A DNA stretch of 59,817 bases from Lachnospiraceae bacterium (lineage in GTDB: Bacteria; Bacillota; Clostridia; Lachnospirales; Lachnospiraceae): contig JAUNPZ010000001.1 in NCBI GenBank assembly GCA_030536455.1, positions 5,811 to 65,627 on the forward strand. The letters run 5' to 3'. Below, piece by piece: positions 42,268 through 51,086 of this stretch. The position numbers and the translations under genes were made by a program. Position 1 is the first letter of the stretch. Each line of letters opens with the position of its first letter. The notes below the pieces were generated by a model. That model was not told the DNA's origin. It was given only the letters and a program-made list of their open reading frames with translations, and made no database searches.

Positions 42268-43104
42268 TCATTGCGAATCCGATTTTCTTCCCCACCAGTT
42301 TGGGAATACTTCTTTCAGCCTTCTGGTTTCCCGCTTTTGATAATCCATCAGGATTTCGATTTCACCAGCCCGGTCTCCAAGCTGCAGCATAAATTCACAG
42401 CAGGCGCCGCACGGCAGCCCCATCCTTCCATCCGGCATAATTACCGCCAGTTTTTGGATTTCCGATTCCCCGCAGGTCAGCATATGGGCAATCGCATTTC
42501 GTTCCGCGCACATGCCCAGGGAACAGGCCGTGTCAATACAGATTCCGGTATAGACAGCCCCGCTCTTTGCCAGCACGGCAGCCGCTACTCCTCCAGCTTC
42601 CACCCAATCCGAAACCGTCCTCGCATTCTGCACATTTTTTGCCGATGTATAAAGGCGCGCCCAATCATCCTCTGCGTCCCTTTCCCGACTCCAGCTCATC
42701 GTATACTCCGCGTCTCCGTTCTCCTCATCAACGCCCTCCGCGCTCACGCAGAATCCTTCCCTGAGATAAAATGAAACCGCTCGTTTATTCTGCTGATACA
42801 CCTTCAAAGAAAGGGTGGGATGGTGTTTTTTCACATATTCCAGAAGCTGCTTTCCCACGCCCTGCGAGCGGTACTTCTTATCCACAAAGATTCCGGCAAT
42901 ATAAGAATCATCCAGACCAATAAAGCCCTGTACCTCCCCATTTCCCTCTGCAACATAAACCTCCGACTGGGGAATCATTTCCGAAACCACAGGATAGTTG
43001 GATTCCCAGTACTCCTTCGGAATAAAAGGGTGGGCTTCCAGATTCCCATTTAACCAAACCTGCATCACCGCTTCCAAATCTGCTTTTTCTAATTTTCGAA
43101 TCAT
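42268..43104 (-). CDS. Fusion of GNAT acetyltransferase and cytidine deaminase-like domain
   Basis: IFVDKKYRSQGVGKQLL and NKRAVSFYLREGF; then MCAERNAI and PCGACCE zinc motifs. Confidence 0.88.
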   Translation of the reverse strand: MIRKLEKADLEAVMQVWLNGNLEAHPFIPKEYWESNYPVVSEMIPQSEVYVAEGNGEVQGFIGLDDSYIAGIFVDKKYRSQGVGKQLLEYVKKHHPTLSLKVYQQNKRAVSFYLREGFCVSAEGVDEENGDAEYTMSWSRERDAEDDWARLYTSAKNVQNARTVSDWVEAGGVAAAVLAKSGAVYTGICIDTACSLGMCAERNAIAHMLTCGESEIQKLAVIMPDGRMGLPCGACCEFMLQLGDRAGEIEILMDYQKRETRRLKEVFPNWWGRKSDSQ

Positions 43105-43133
43105 GTCTTTTCTTCCTCCGTCCTTCTCCGGCT

Positions 43134-43547
43134 TTACAGCTCCTTCATAAAATAAGACTGCGTATATTCATCAAATGCAGGCTTTATGCATAACTGCTCC
43201 GTATATCCCATCTTCTTATAAAACTCCGGGGCCTGGAAGCTATAGGTATTCAGAAGAATGCGCTTCAGGCCTTTTTCCCCGGCGATGCGCTCCACATGTG
43301 TCAGCAGCCGGCTTCCCAGCCCCCTCCCACGGCAGCTTTCATCCACATATAAAAACTCGACCTCCAGAGTATCAGCCAGGCTTCCCGCAACGATTCCTGC
43401 GATGATTTTTCCGTTTTCCTCTATGTGGAAATTATAATCCGCAAAATCATGCATATAACGTGCATTATATTCCCTTAACCGGTCATGTATATAGGCGCTG
43501 TCCGCCTCCGAGCTGCATATTATCTTTGCTTGTTCTGAATTTTTCAT
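43134..43547 (-). CDS. GNAT family N-acetyltransferase
   Basis: LYVDESCRGRGLGSRLL, TYSFQAPEFYKKMGY. Confidence 0.92.
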   Translation of the reverse strand: MKNSEQAKIICSSEADSAYIHDRLREYNARYMHDFADYNFHIEENGKIIAGIVAGSLADTLEVEFLYVDESCRGRGLGSRLLTHVERIAGEKGLKRILLNTYSFQAPEFYKKMGYTEQLCIKPAFDEYTQSYFMKEL

Positions 43548-43895
43548 AACCTTTCTCCTCCTTCTGTCATATCCAGTTCTTCCAGCATTTGCTTTTCGAT
43601 TCCGACTGCATCCGGCTGCGTCGGAGTAAAGCGGATTCCTCTATGTAACAAGCCAATTATTTTCTTTGCGTTCTTTTCCATCTCCTGTATCAGCTTTGGG
43701 TCGGCGATCCTTACAGGCTGACCTCCTTTGATATACATTCCATCAATATACCGCTCAGCAACCGGAAACATATCCCGGAAGAGCAATACCGTTCTGTTAT
43801 TAAAGATTTTCATAATTGATTTTCAAATAAGGGTCCTGTACCTTTGCAAAAAAGTCATTCGAAACAAAGTACAGTCCGCCTGCCAATATCTCCAT
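43544..43895 (-). pseudogene. cptN: Type III TA toxin (CptN family), internally deleted and frameshifted
   Basis: N-terminal frame MEILAGGLYFVSNDFFAKVQDPYLKINYENL* from 43895; C-terminal frame with DMFP and GIRFTPTQPD; central region absent. Confidence 0.8.
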
Positions 43896-43914
43896 ACCCT
43901 CTACCTCACATAAA

Positions 43915-43947
43915 TTAAGCCCCTTACCTTTCTGGCAAGAGGCTTAA
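43915..43947 (-). terminator. Terminator between antitoxin RNA and toxin
   Basis: Minus strand TTAAGCCTCTTGCC-AGAA-AGGTAAGGGGCTTAA then TTT. Confidence 0.75.
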
Positions 43948-43950
43948 CAA

Positions 43951-44027
43951 CTTTTCCACGGCCTATTTATTATTCGCATGGCCGGCAGCGAACTACTTTT
44001 TAAGGCAGATTCCTACCTGTCACTTTT
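43951..44027 (-). ncRNA. cptI: CptI-like pseudoknot antitoxin RNA
   Basis: AAAAG boxes at 44027-44023, 44000-43996 and 43955-43951; the 45-nt unit pairs UUCGC/GCGAA and CGGCC/GGCCG in H-type pseudoknot order. Confidence 0.75.
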
Positions 44028-44056
44028 ATTATACGCAAACTGCGAGGATCTGTCAA
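44028..44056 (-). promoter_or_regulatory. Consensus sigma-A promoter of the type III TA locus
   Basis: TTGACA-17 bp-TATAAT. Confidence 0.88.
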
Positions 44057-44129
44057 TTCCTTATTAAAATCAGATGAAAAATCACCTCATCCAATCATCT
44101 TCGATTCCGCCCCATCCCTGCATTCTCCC

Positions 44130-44624
44130 TCACAACGCTCTGATTTCCTGCGAAATCTCCTCCACTGTCTTTCCGTCCGTTTCCACCTTTCTTGTATCCA
44201 GCGCCGCATACTGTGGAATCCGCGAAAGGCTTCGTTCGATCACATCATCGGTGCGGATTCCATTCCGGATATCGGATAAAAGCCGTTCCCGAACCGTTTC
44301 CGGGGCTGCAAGCAGAGAGACGCTGATTACGTCGCAGTCCGAAAGCTCCAAACGGTTCCGGACAGCATCTACAATCGACTGTTCCTGCATGACCCAGCAG
44401 AATATAATGTTTTCATAGGCAGAACAGTGAATAAAATTGTTTAAAAGATGGCTGATATTGTCCAAAACCATAGCCTTCGTTTCTTCCGTCACCTGAAATG
44501 GGTGGGCATCCCAGCACCAGTCACCGTCAAGGAATACGCTCCGGGGCAAATCCATCTGCAGCCTGCGGCAGACCGTTGTTTTCCCTACCCCCATCGTTCC
44601 GCCTATCAAGTATACTTTTTTCAT
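44130..44624 (-). CDS. Small P-loop nucleotide kinase-like (AAA family) protein
   Basis: IGGTMGVGKTT, FLDGDWCW. Confidence 0.88.
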   Translation of the reverse strand: MKKVYLIGGTMGVGKTTVCRRLQMDLPRSVFLDGDWCWDAHPFQVTEETKAMVLDNISHLLNNFIHCSAYENIIFCWVMQEQSIVDAVRNRLELSDCDVISVSLLAAPETVRERLLSDIRNGIRTDDVIERSLSRIPQYAALDTRKVETDGKTVEEISQEIRAL

Positions 44625-44672
44625 TGCACTCCCCCGTTCTCAAACGCTCTGAAAATCATTTTCTATGACGCC

Positions 44673-45740
44673 TCACAGCCTTCCAATTTTCTTTTCCATC
44701 AGTTCTCCGTTCCCGCTGTACATCACGGCATGTTCCCTGGAAATCTTTCCTTCCTTGTACAGCTTTAACAGGCTGTTGTCCATGGCCACCATCCCTTCCT
44801 CCGCCGAGGTGGAAATCACGCCGTCAATCTGGTGGATTTTCGATTCCCGAATCATATTTCGGATGGCATTATTTAAGAACATAATCTCCAGCGCCGGAAT
44901 CTCGCCCTCGCAGTCGGCTCTTGGAATGAGCTGCTGGGATACCACCGCCTGGAGAACCATGGAAAGCTGAACCCGGATCTGGGCCTGCTGGTTCGGCGGA
45001 AAGCTGTCGATAATGCGGTCGATGGTGTTTGCCGCCCCGATGGTATGAAGGGTGGAAATCACCAGATGCCCTGTCTCCGCCGCCGTCATCGCCGTTCGTA
45101 TGGTTTCAAAATCCCGCATTTCTCCCAGAAGAATCACATCCGGCGCCTGCCGCAGCGCCGCCCGCAGCCCCGTCATGTAGCTGTCGGTGTCCGTGCCGAT
45201 TTCCCTCTGGGTCACCACGCTCTTATCGTGGCGGTGAAGGTATTCAATCGGGTCCTCCAGGGTAATTACATGGGCATTTCTCGTCTGATTGATTTCATGA
45301 ATGATGCAGGCCAGAGTGGTGCTTTTTCCACTTCCCGCAGGCCCGGTCACCAGCACCAGCCCCTTTGTCATCCCGGCAATGTCAATGACTCTCTGCGGAA
45401 GATTCAGCGACCCGGCATCCGGCAGCTCGAAGCGCACAATCCGGATAATCGCCGCCAATGACCCCCTCTGGCGCATCACACTGGCCCGGAAACGGGACAG
45501 CCCCTTTAAGGCAAAGGAAAAATCATCGTCCCCATGGGTCTGAACCTGCCCCATATCACGATTTCCCGCAATCTCATAAATCTCCGTAATCATCTTATCC
45601 ATCTCATCCGGAAAAATCTTTTTTTCTCCCTGATAGAGAATCCGTCCGCCTATCTTATAGGAAAATGGCATGCCGGGTACCAGGAACACATCGGAAGCGC
45701 CCTGCTCCACAGCAAGCGTCAAAAGCTCGATTACATTCAT
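44673..45740 (-). CDS. pilT: PilT/PilU family type IV pilus ATPase
   Basis: GPAGSGKST, TLEDPIEY, LLGEMRD, TGHLVISTLH, AIRNMIRE. Confidence 0.93.
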   Translation of the reverse strand: MNVIELLTLAVEQGASDVFLVPGMPFSYKIGGRILYQGEKKIFPDEMDKMITEIYEIAGNRDMGQVQTHGDDDFSFALKGLSRFRASVMRQRGSLAAIIRIVRFELPDAGSLNLPQRVIDIAGMTKGLVLVTGPAGSGKSTTLACIIHEINQTRNAHVITLEDPIEYLHRHDKSVVTQREIGTDTDSYMTGLRAALRQAPDVILLGEMRDFETIRTAMTAAETGHLVISTLHTIGAANTIDRIIDSFPPNQQAQIRVQLSMVLQAVVSQQLIPRADCEGEIPALEIMFLNNAIRNMIRESKIHQIDGVISTSAEEGMVAMDNSLLKLYKEGKISREHAVMYSGNGELMEKKIGRL

Positions 45741-45805
45741 AATGTAAATATTCCCTTCTTCATACAATACAATGCTTATATGGTATCTGCCTGCGCCGGA
45801 ATGCT

Positions 45806-46402
45806 TTAAGACTCCGGCAAACCGCTCCAGACTGGCATATCCCGGTCAATCTCATACTCCTCACGGTTATAAACACGCCACTGCAGCACGGAAATCCACG
45901 GTGCCCCATCGTCCAGTGCCTCCTGGTCCTCCGGCTCCGGCCGTTCGTCTGGTGCCTCCCGGCTCTCCCACTTCGTCGGTTCATCCGGTGCTTCCTGACT
46001 CTCCCACTTCGTCAGTTCATCCGGTGCTTCCTGACTTTCCTCTATCCCCAGTTGGATCAGCAGCGCCTGGCCGTAATCCATGGGGATTTCCGCCAGGATG
46101 CAGTTCTCCTCCGGCCGGTACGCCTCCCCCAGATGCTCCTGAAGATAAGCTTCCGGTGTCAGCTCCCTCTGCCGGAACGCTTCCTGTACGGCCTGACCGG
46201 CTGCCTGTTTCAGCTCCTCGCCCGTTCCATCGGCTTCATAATAGGCCGAAACCGCCTCTGCATTCCGTTTCGCCAGGTCTAAATCCTTTTTCGCACTGGA
46301 TAAGGACAGCAGTCCGAAGGTTCCCATGCACAGCACGATAAAAATCAGAATCAGCGAAGCGCTTCCGATGTTTGCGCTCCGTTTCTTCTCACTCTTCGCC
46401 AT
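45806..46402 (-). CDS. Minor pilin-like protein
   Basis: Basic leader, G|SASLILIFIVLC hydrophobic helix without E5; start after GGAGG. Confidence 0.7.
   Translation of the reverse strand: MAKSEKKRSANIGSASLILIFIVLCMGTFGLLSLSSAKKDLDLAKRNAEAVSAYYEADGTGEELKQAAGQAVQEAFRQRELTPEAYLQEHLGEAYRPEENCILAEIPMDYGQALLIQLGIEESQEAPDELTKWESQEAPDEPTKWESREAPDERPEPEDQEALDDGAPWISVLQWRVYNREEYEIDRDMPVWSGLPES
45909..46040. repeat. About 3.7 x 36-bp in-frame repeat (ESQEAPDExTKW)
   Basis: Units at 45909, 45945, 45981 and 46017. Confidence 0.9.
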
Positions 46403-46955
46403 ATCCGGCACCTCCTGACTGTATATACCGTTTTGCAGTTAAGGTATACAGAGGCTCCGTCCCGCTGCCGTCTGCCCCGCTGCTGCCTGTCCCGCTTCGG
46501 TCGGCCCCGCTTCGGTCCATGCTCCGGATTTGGATTTCCAGGCATTCCAGGATGCCGCCGGCCTCATCGCCGTTTTTCTGCAGCCGCAGCCCGGCCTCAA
46601 ACTGCATTCCATTTCCATTCCACACAATCGTTTTTTCCTCTGTCTGACCGTTTTCTGCTGACCTGGCTGCATTCTCCGAGCCCCTCTGATTTTCCGGCTC
46701 AGGCACAGTCTCCGAGCCCTTCTGATCTTCCGGCTGTTCCAATTCAGCCGCAGCCTCCAGTTCTCCTGCCTTCCACTCCTCTGCAATGCTCTGGGCCGCG
46801 AGGACCGCCTCGTTTAACTCCCTCGCCCGGCGGCTCATGGAATCGGCGCGGACAAAGACCTGGATGCACACGGCAGCGCAGAACAGGAAGAAGCCGCTGA
46901 CCAGAATCATTTCCATCAAAAAGATTCCGGAGCCGGACCGTTTTCTATCATTCAT
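46389..46955 (-). CDS. Pilin-like protein with class III signal peptide
   Basis: RKRSGSG|IFLMEMILVSGFF (G-1, E+5), then AVLAAQSIAE. Confidence 0.75.
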   Translation of the reverse strand: MNDRKRSGSGIFLMEMILVSGFFLFCAAVCIQVFVRADSMSRRARELNEAVLAAQSIAEEWKAGELEAAAELEQPEDQKGSETVPEPENQRGSENAARSAENGQTEEKTIVWNGNGMQFEAGLRLQKNGDEAGGILECLEIQIRSMDRSGADRSGTGSSGADGSGTEPLYTLTAKRYIQSGGAGYGEE

Positions 46956-47526
46956 CGCCATCTCCTCCTGCCTCTGTCATTCCGCTGTCCGATGCCCCGG
47001 AATGAATGTTCAAACACGTTCCGGCTTCGCTCCGCAGTGAAAGACTCAGACGGCCTCCGCCTTCCCCTGCCGTCTCCAGGGTAAGAAGCTTCCCATCCTC
47101 GCTCTGGCTGACCGAAAAGCCTCCGCATTCCAGAATGGGAAGACCGTCCGCCAGCCCCAGGCCGTCCGCCGGATCCGTAAACAGTTCACAGATATTTCCA
47201 TCGTAATAATAAATCCAGGTCACATAGTTTCCTTCTTCCAGTCCGCTTCCGATTTCCAGCACCGGAATATCCGTTCCGTCCGTTCCCGGCATCTGCATCA
47301 CCCGGACCCCGCCGGAGCGGTCCCCCTGGCGGACCTTATTCGCCACATATTGAAGCGCCACGCTTCCGTCAAAATTTTCCTCCGACCTGCGGTTTAAATT
47401 CTCGTAAACCTGCCCGCCAATCAGCACGGTAAACAGCGCGCAAAGCACAAATACCAGAAACAGAAGCATCGGAAAGATTACTTGAATCGCCTGCCCCCGG
47501 TTTCCGGTATTTCGTTTCTCTCTCAT
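46948..47526 (-). CDS. DUF4860-like pilin-like protein
   Basis: N-terminal TM helix, ALQYVANKVRQGD, TWIYYYDGNICELF. Confidence 0.75.
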   Translation of the reverse strand: MREKRNTGNRGQAIQVIFPMLLFLVFVLCALFTVLIGGQVYENLNRRSEENFDGSVALQYVANKVRQGDRSGGVRVMQMPGTDGTDIPVLEIGSGLEEGNYVTWIYYYDGNICELFTDPADGLGLADGLPILECGGFSVSQSEDGKLLTLETAGEGGGRLSLSLRSEAGTCLNIHSGASDSGMTEAGGDGDE

Positions 47527-47528
47527 AT

Positions 47529-47834
47529 TCAGTTTCCTCCCTGCTCGTCCGCCGGAATCACGGTGATATCCGGCATGATATTAGAAGCAAACCCTTCGTA
47601 AAATACATGATACCGTTCCCGGTCAATCTGGATTCCGTAATGCTCCTCCAGATATTCCACATCCGGCGGGTATCTTCCCTCGATGGCATAGCACTGGACC
47701 GAAGCCCTGGCTATGGCCTCCTTCAGGGTCTTCTCCCCCTCCAGGCAGGCTTTTTCGTAAAAGGAAAGGGAACCCTTCAGGAAGATACCGGCCGCCAGGA
47801 CAAATGCCAGAATTGAACATACGAACCGTTTCAT
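47529..47834 (-). CDS. Small single-TM protein of the pilus-like operon
   Basis: N-terminal TM, CYAIEGRYPP, YEGFASNIMPDI. Confidence 0.8.
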   Translation of the reverse strand: MKRFVCSILAFVLAAGIFLKGSLSFYEKACLEGEKTLKEAIARASVQCYAIEGRYPPDVEYLEEHYGIQIDRERYHVFYEGFASNIMPDITVIPADEQGGN

Positions 47835-47865
47835 AGCTGCCTCATCCTTTCCAAAACAGAACCCG

Positions 47866-48954
47866 TTATCCAATCGTAGAAAGCACTCCCACTAACGGAA
47901 GCATCACCGAAAGCAGGACCATTCCTACCGCCACGGCCAGCACAGCCACCATAGTCGGTTCAAAACGGTCGATTATCCGGTCAATGGCATCATCGGTCTC
48001 CTGCTCATAATCCTTTGACAGATTCTCCATCACCTGATCCAGATGGCCGCTCCGGTCTCCGGTCTTAATCATCTGGATGTGGAAGCCGGAAAACAAGCCG
48101 GTGGCCTTCATCGCCTGATAATAGCTCTGGCCCTCCTCCAGCATCTCCCGGCATTTTAAAACCTTCTCCTGCACCAGACTGTTTCCTGACAGTTCCGCCG
48201 CCAAATCCAGCCCTTTTTCCAGCTCCAGGCCGCTGCGGAGCGTAAGAGAAAGCACCGCCGTAAATCTCCGGTTCGCCGCCGCCACGGCAATCCGGCTCCG
48301 GCGCTTCCCAGCCTCCAAAAGCCGTTCCAGGAAGGAAAAGCGATGTCCCATCCGGGAAAGCATCCACAGCACACCGCAGATAAGCACCAGCACACCGCCC
48401 AGGACCAGAGCCGCTCCGCTGAAGATTCCGCCGATGGAAACCGCAGACTTCGCTGCCGGAGAAAGCTCCGCTCCCAGCTGGGCGTATACATCCTCAAAAA
48501 TCGGCATTACCTTTACAAATAAGACAAACAGCACGGTCAGCAGCATGAAAATCATGATGGTCGGATAGGTCAGCGCATTTTTGATATTCCGCATCAGGAA
48601 ATATTCTTTTTCGTAATACTCAGAAAGGGACCGCATCAGCACATCCAGTGTGCCGGTCTGCTGCCCCAGCTTTGCCATCTTCACCACATAAGACGGAAAT
48701 GCCCCGGATTCCTCCAGGACCTGAAAGAACGGGTCTCCCAGCTCCACGCCCTCTGCCATAGAAAGAAGCAGCGCCTTCTCCTGTTCATCCGAAGCGTCCT
48801 CCGCCATGATGGAAAGCCCCTCCTCCAGAGGAACCGCCGCCTCCAAAAGAAGGGAGATCTGCAGGCAGAACGCAGAAAGCTCCTTCTGGTGATACACTCT
48901 GTTCCTCTTTTTCTGCACTGCCTCGTCTTGTTCCAGTACTTCTCTTTTCTTCAT
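47866..48954 (-). CDS. Type II secretion system F/PilC family platform protein
   Basis: Two T2SSF repeats: GQQTGTLD, ALTYPTI, GDRSGHLD, FEPTMV, SVMLPL. Confidence 0.92.
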   Translation of the reverse strand: MKKREVLEQDEAVQKKRNRVYHQKELSAFCLQISLLLEAAVPLEEGLSIMAEDASDEQEKALLLSMAEGVELGDPFFQVLEESGAFPSYVVKMAKLGQQTGTLDVLMRSLSEYYEKEYFLMRNIKNALTYPTIMIFMLLTVLFVLFVKVMPIFEDVYAQLGAELSPAAKSAVSIGGIFSGAALVLGGVLVLICGVLWMLSRMGHRFSFLERLLEAGKRRSRIAVAAANRRFTAVLSLTLRSGLELEKGLDLAAELSGNSLVQEKVLKCREMLEEGQSYYQAMKATGLFSGFHIQMIKTGDRSGHLDQVMENLSKDYEQETDDAIDRIIDRFEPTMVAVLAVAVGMVLLSVMLPLVGVLSTIG

Positions 48955-48985
48955 ATTTTCCCCCATTCTGCGCGGAGTGATAATA

Positions 48986-49864
48986 TTAATAAGAATATTT
49001 TGCTCTATAAGTCTCGTTCCCCGCTCCGTAGCTCTTGCCGCCGCTGGATGCAAAGGTGGGGTCCATCATACTCCAGTTCTGTCCGTCGAAGTAAATGATA
49101 TTGTCCACCCAGCCCTGGTTTTCCAGGTACACACTGATCCAGGCATGATACAGGTCGCCGGTATAGCCAATCACCAGCTTCGTTGGAATATCCTGCGCCC
49201 GCAGCATGGCCGTCATCAGGGAAGCATAGTCGAAGCAGATTCCCTTTTTCGTCTCCAGCGTCACATCCACATCCGGCAGATAGCCGCTCTGCACAGTGGC
49301 CGCCTTCTCGTAATCATAAGTTAAGTTATCCACCACAAAATTAAAAACATTGGTCACAATCCCCAACTGGTCGGCCGCTCCTTCCGAAAGCTGGCTGCTG
49401 ACCGCCACTGCATTGGAACCGGCATGAAAATTCACATACTGATTGGGGTATAAAAATGGAAGGTTCGGGTCCGAGAGCGCTACCTGGATACTCTGGCTGA
49501 ACGCCTGGGCATACTGGTTTCCGCTGATATTCTCAAATACCTTGATGGAATAGCTGCCGTCGCCCTCGGTCAGAGGAAATACCTCATAGGCATCCCTTGC
49601 ATTCAAATCATAGGTGTAGGTCGCATCATGGGTAATCTGCACCTTGATTCTGGAGTTTCTTCCGCTGTACTTCACCATCAGATACCCGTCATTGGTGTGG
49701 GAAGCATCTATTTTTACCTTACTGTTTCCATATGTAACCGTCCCCGATGCCTCTGTGGCCCGGACGGCTCCGTAAGCGGCCGATGTTCCGGACGGAACTG
49801 CCGCCAGACAGCAGACTGCAAAAAGCGCTGCCGCCATTCTGACAAATCTACCTGTTCTTTTCAT
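48986..49864 (-). CDS. Secreted transglutaminase-like domain protein
   Basis: Signal peptide; GICFDYA, HAW and MDPT Cys-His-Asp triad; start uncertain (49903 is the alternative). Confidence 0.88.
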   Translation of the reverse strand: MKRTGRFVRMAAALFAVCCLAAVPSGTSAAYGAVRATEASGTVTYGNSKVKIDASHTNDGYLMVKYSGRNSRIKVQITHDATYTYDLNARDAYEVFPLTEGDGSYSIKVFENISGNQYAQAFSQSIQVALSDPNLPFLYPNQYVNFHAGSNAVAVSSQLSEGAADQLGIVTNVFNFVVDNLTYDYEKAATVQSGYLPDVDVTLETKKGICFDYASLMTAMLRAQDIPTKLVIGYTGDLYHAWISVYLENQGWVDNIIYFDGQNWSMMDPTFASSGGKSYGAGNETYRAKYSY

Positions 49865-49886
49865 CCATCCACACTTTCTCTCTGCG

Positions 49887-50639
49887 CTATCTGCCAGCTG
49901 CATTCAGCCGCTGGCGGACAATCTCATACGCAAGCACACCGGCCGCCACCGATGCATTCAGGGAATCAATGTCTCCCTTCATCGGAATCGACGCCACCAT
50001 ATCGCAGGTTTCCCGGACCAGCTTGCCTACGCCTTCGCCCTCATTTCCAATCACCAGGCCGATGGGTCCCGTCAGATTCAGGCGGTACATGCTCTCTCCG
50101 CCCATATCCGCGCAGACAAACCACAGGCCCTTCTTCTTTAAATCCTCCATCGTCGCCGCCAGGTTGGTCACCTTCGCCACCGGAGTATAGTTTAATGCTC
50201 CCGCAGAGGTCTTTGCCACCGTTGCCGTCAGACCCACCGCTCTCCGCTTCGGGATGATGACGCCGTGGGCGCCGGCCAGATTCGCAGTACGGATGATCGC
50301 GCCCAGGTTATGCGGGTCCTCGATTCCGTCCAGCAAAAAGAGGAACGGCGGCTCGCCCTTCTCCTCCGCTGCCTTCAAGATATCCTCCACCTCTGCATAT
50401 TCGTAAGCAGCCGCATAGGCAATCACACCCTGATGCTTTCCGGTGGATGACATCTGGTCCAGACGCTCCTTCGGCACATAGGTGATGATGGTATCATGCT
50501 TTCTGGCCTCTCTGGTAATAGACTGCACCGGGCCGTCATGGCAGCCGTCCAGCACAAACAATTTATCGATGGTTTTGCCGGAACGGAATGCTTCCATTAC
50601 CGAGTTACGGCCTTCTATGGTTAATTCTTCATATCGCAT
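49887..50639 (-). CDS. rlmB: 23S rRNA 2'-O-methyltransferase (SpoU/TrmH family)
   Basis: HQGV, EDPHNLGAIIRTA, GNEGEG, SLNASVA. Confidence 0.95.
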   Translation of the reverse strand: MRYEELTIEGRNSVMEAFRSGKTIDKLFVLDGCHDGPVQSITREARKHDTIITYVPKERLDQMSSTGKHQGVIAYAAAYEYAEVEDILKAAEEKGEPPFLFLLDGIEDPHNLGAIIRTANLAGAHGVIIPKRRAVGLTATVAKTSAGALNYTPVAKVTNLAATMEDLKKKGLWFVCADMGGESMYRLNLTGPIGLVIGNEGEGVGKLVRETCDMVASIPMKGDIDSLNASVAAGVLAYEIVRQRLNAAGR

Positions 50640-50642
50640 ACG

Positions 50643-51086
50643 TTAAAGTTCTCCTATTTTTTCCAATCCGCGGCTCACCAGGGTAATCAGCCGCTCATAC
50701 TGCTCCGTTAAAAAAAGCCAGCCCACAAGAGCCTCAAAGCCGGTAGCCCACCGGTAGTCAATCACGGAAGCATTCTTGGCGGAAGTGACGGATTTCGCAT
50801 TCCGGCCCCGCTTAAAGACCGCCCGCTCCTCCTCCGTCAGGTCCTCATCCAGAAGCTTGATCAGATTGGCCTGGGCCTGGGCGCACACCAGTCTGGCGCT
50901 GTGCTTATGAAGCTTGTTCACCTGCACGCTTCCGCTGTTTACAATCTTCGTCCGCACCATGACCTCGTAAACCCCGTCTCCGATATACGCCAAAACCAGA
51001 GGAGAATAGGTTCTGACATCTATCTCCTCCAGCTTCATGGACTTTTTATAAAAATCCAGCAGGTTCTCCATTACGCCCGGCTCCAT
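50643..51086 (-). CDS. mrnC: Mini-ribonuclease III
   Basis: LAYIGDGVYE, KRGRNA, ATGFEALVGWL; lies between cysS and rlmB. Confidence 0.93.
   Translation of the reverse strand: MEPGVMENLLDFYKKSMKLEEIDVRTYSPLVLAYIGDGVYEVMVRTKIVNSGSVQVNKLHKHSARLVCAQAQANLIKLLDEDLTEEERAVFKRGRNAKSVTSAKNASVIDYRWATGFEALVGWLFLTEQYERLITLVSRGLEKIGEL

Noticed and set aside
43544-43813. 89-aa ORF as an independent hypothetical gene
   Set aside because: Better explained as the C-terminal fragment of the CptN-like toxin
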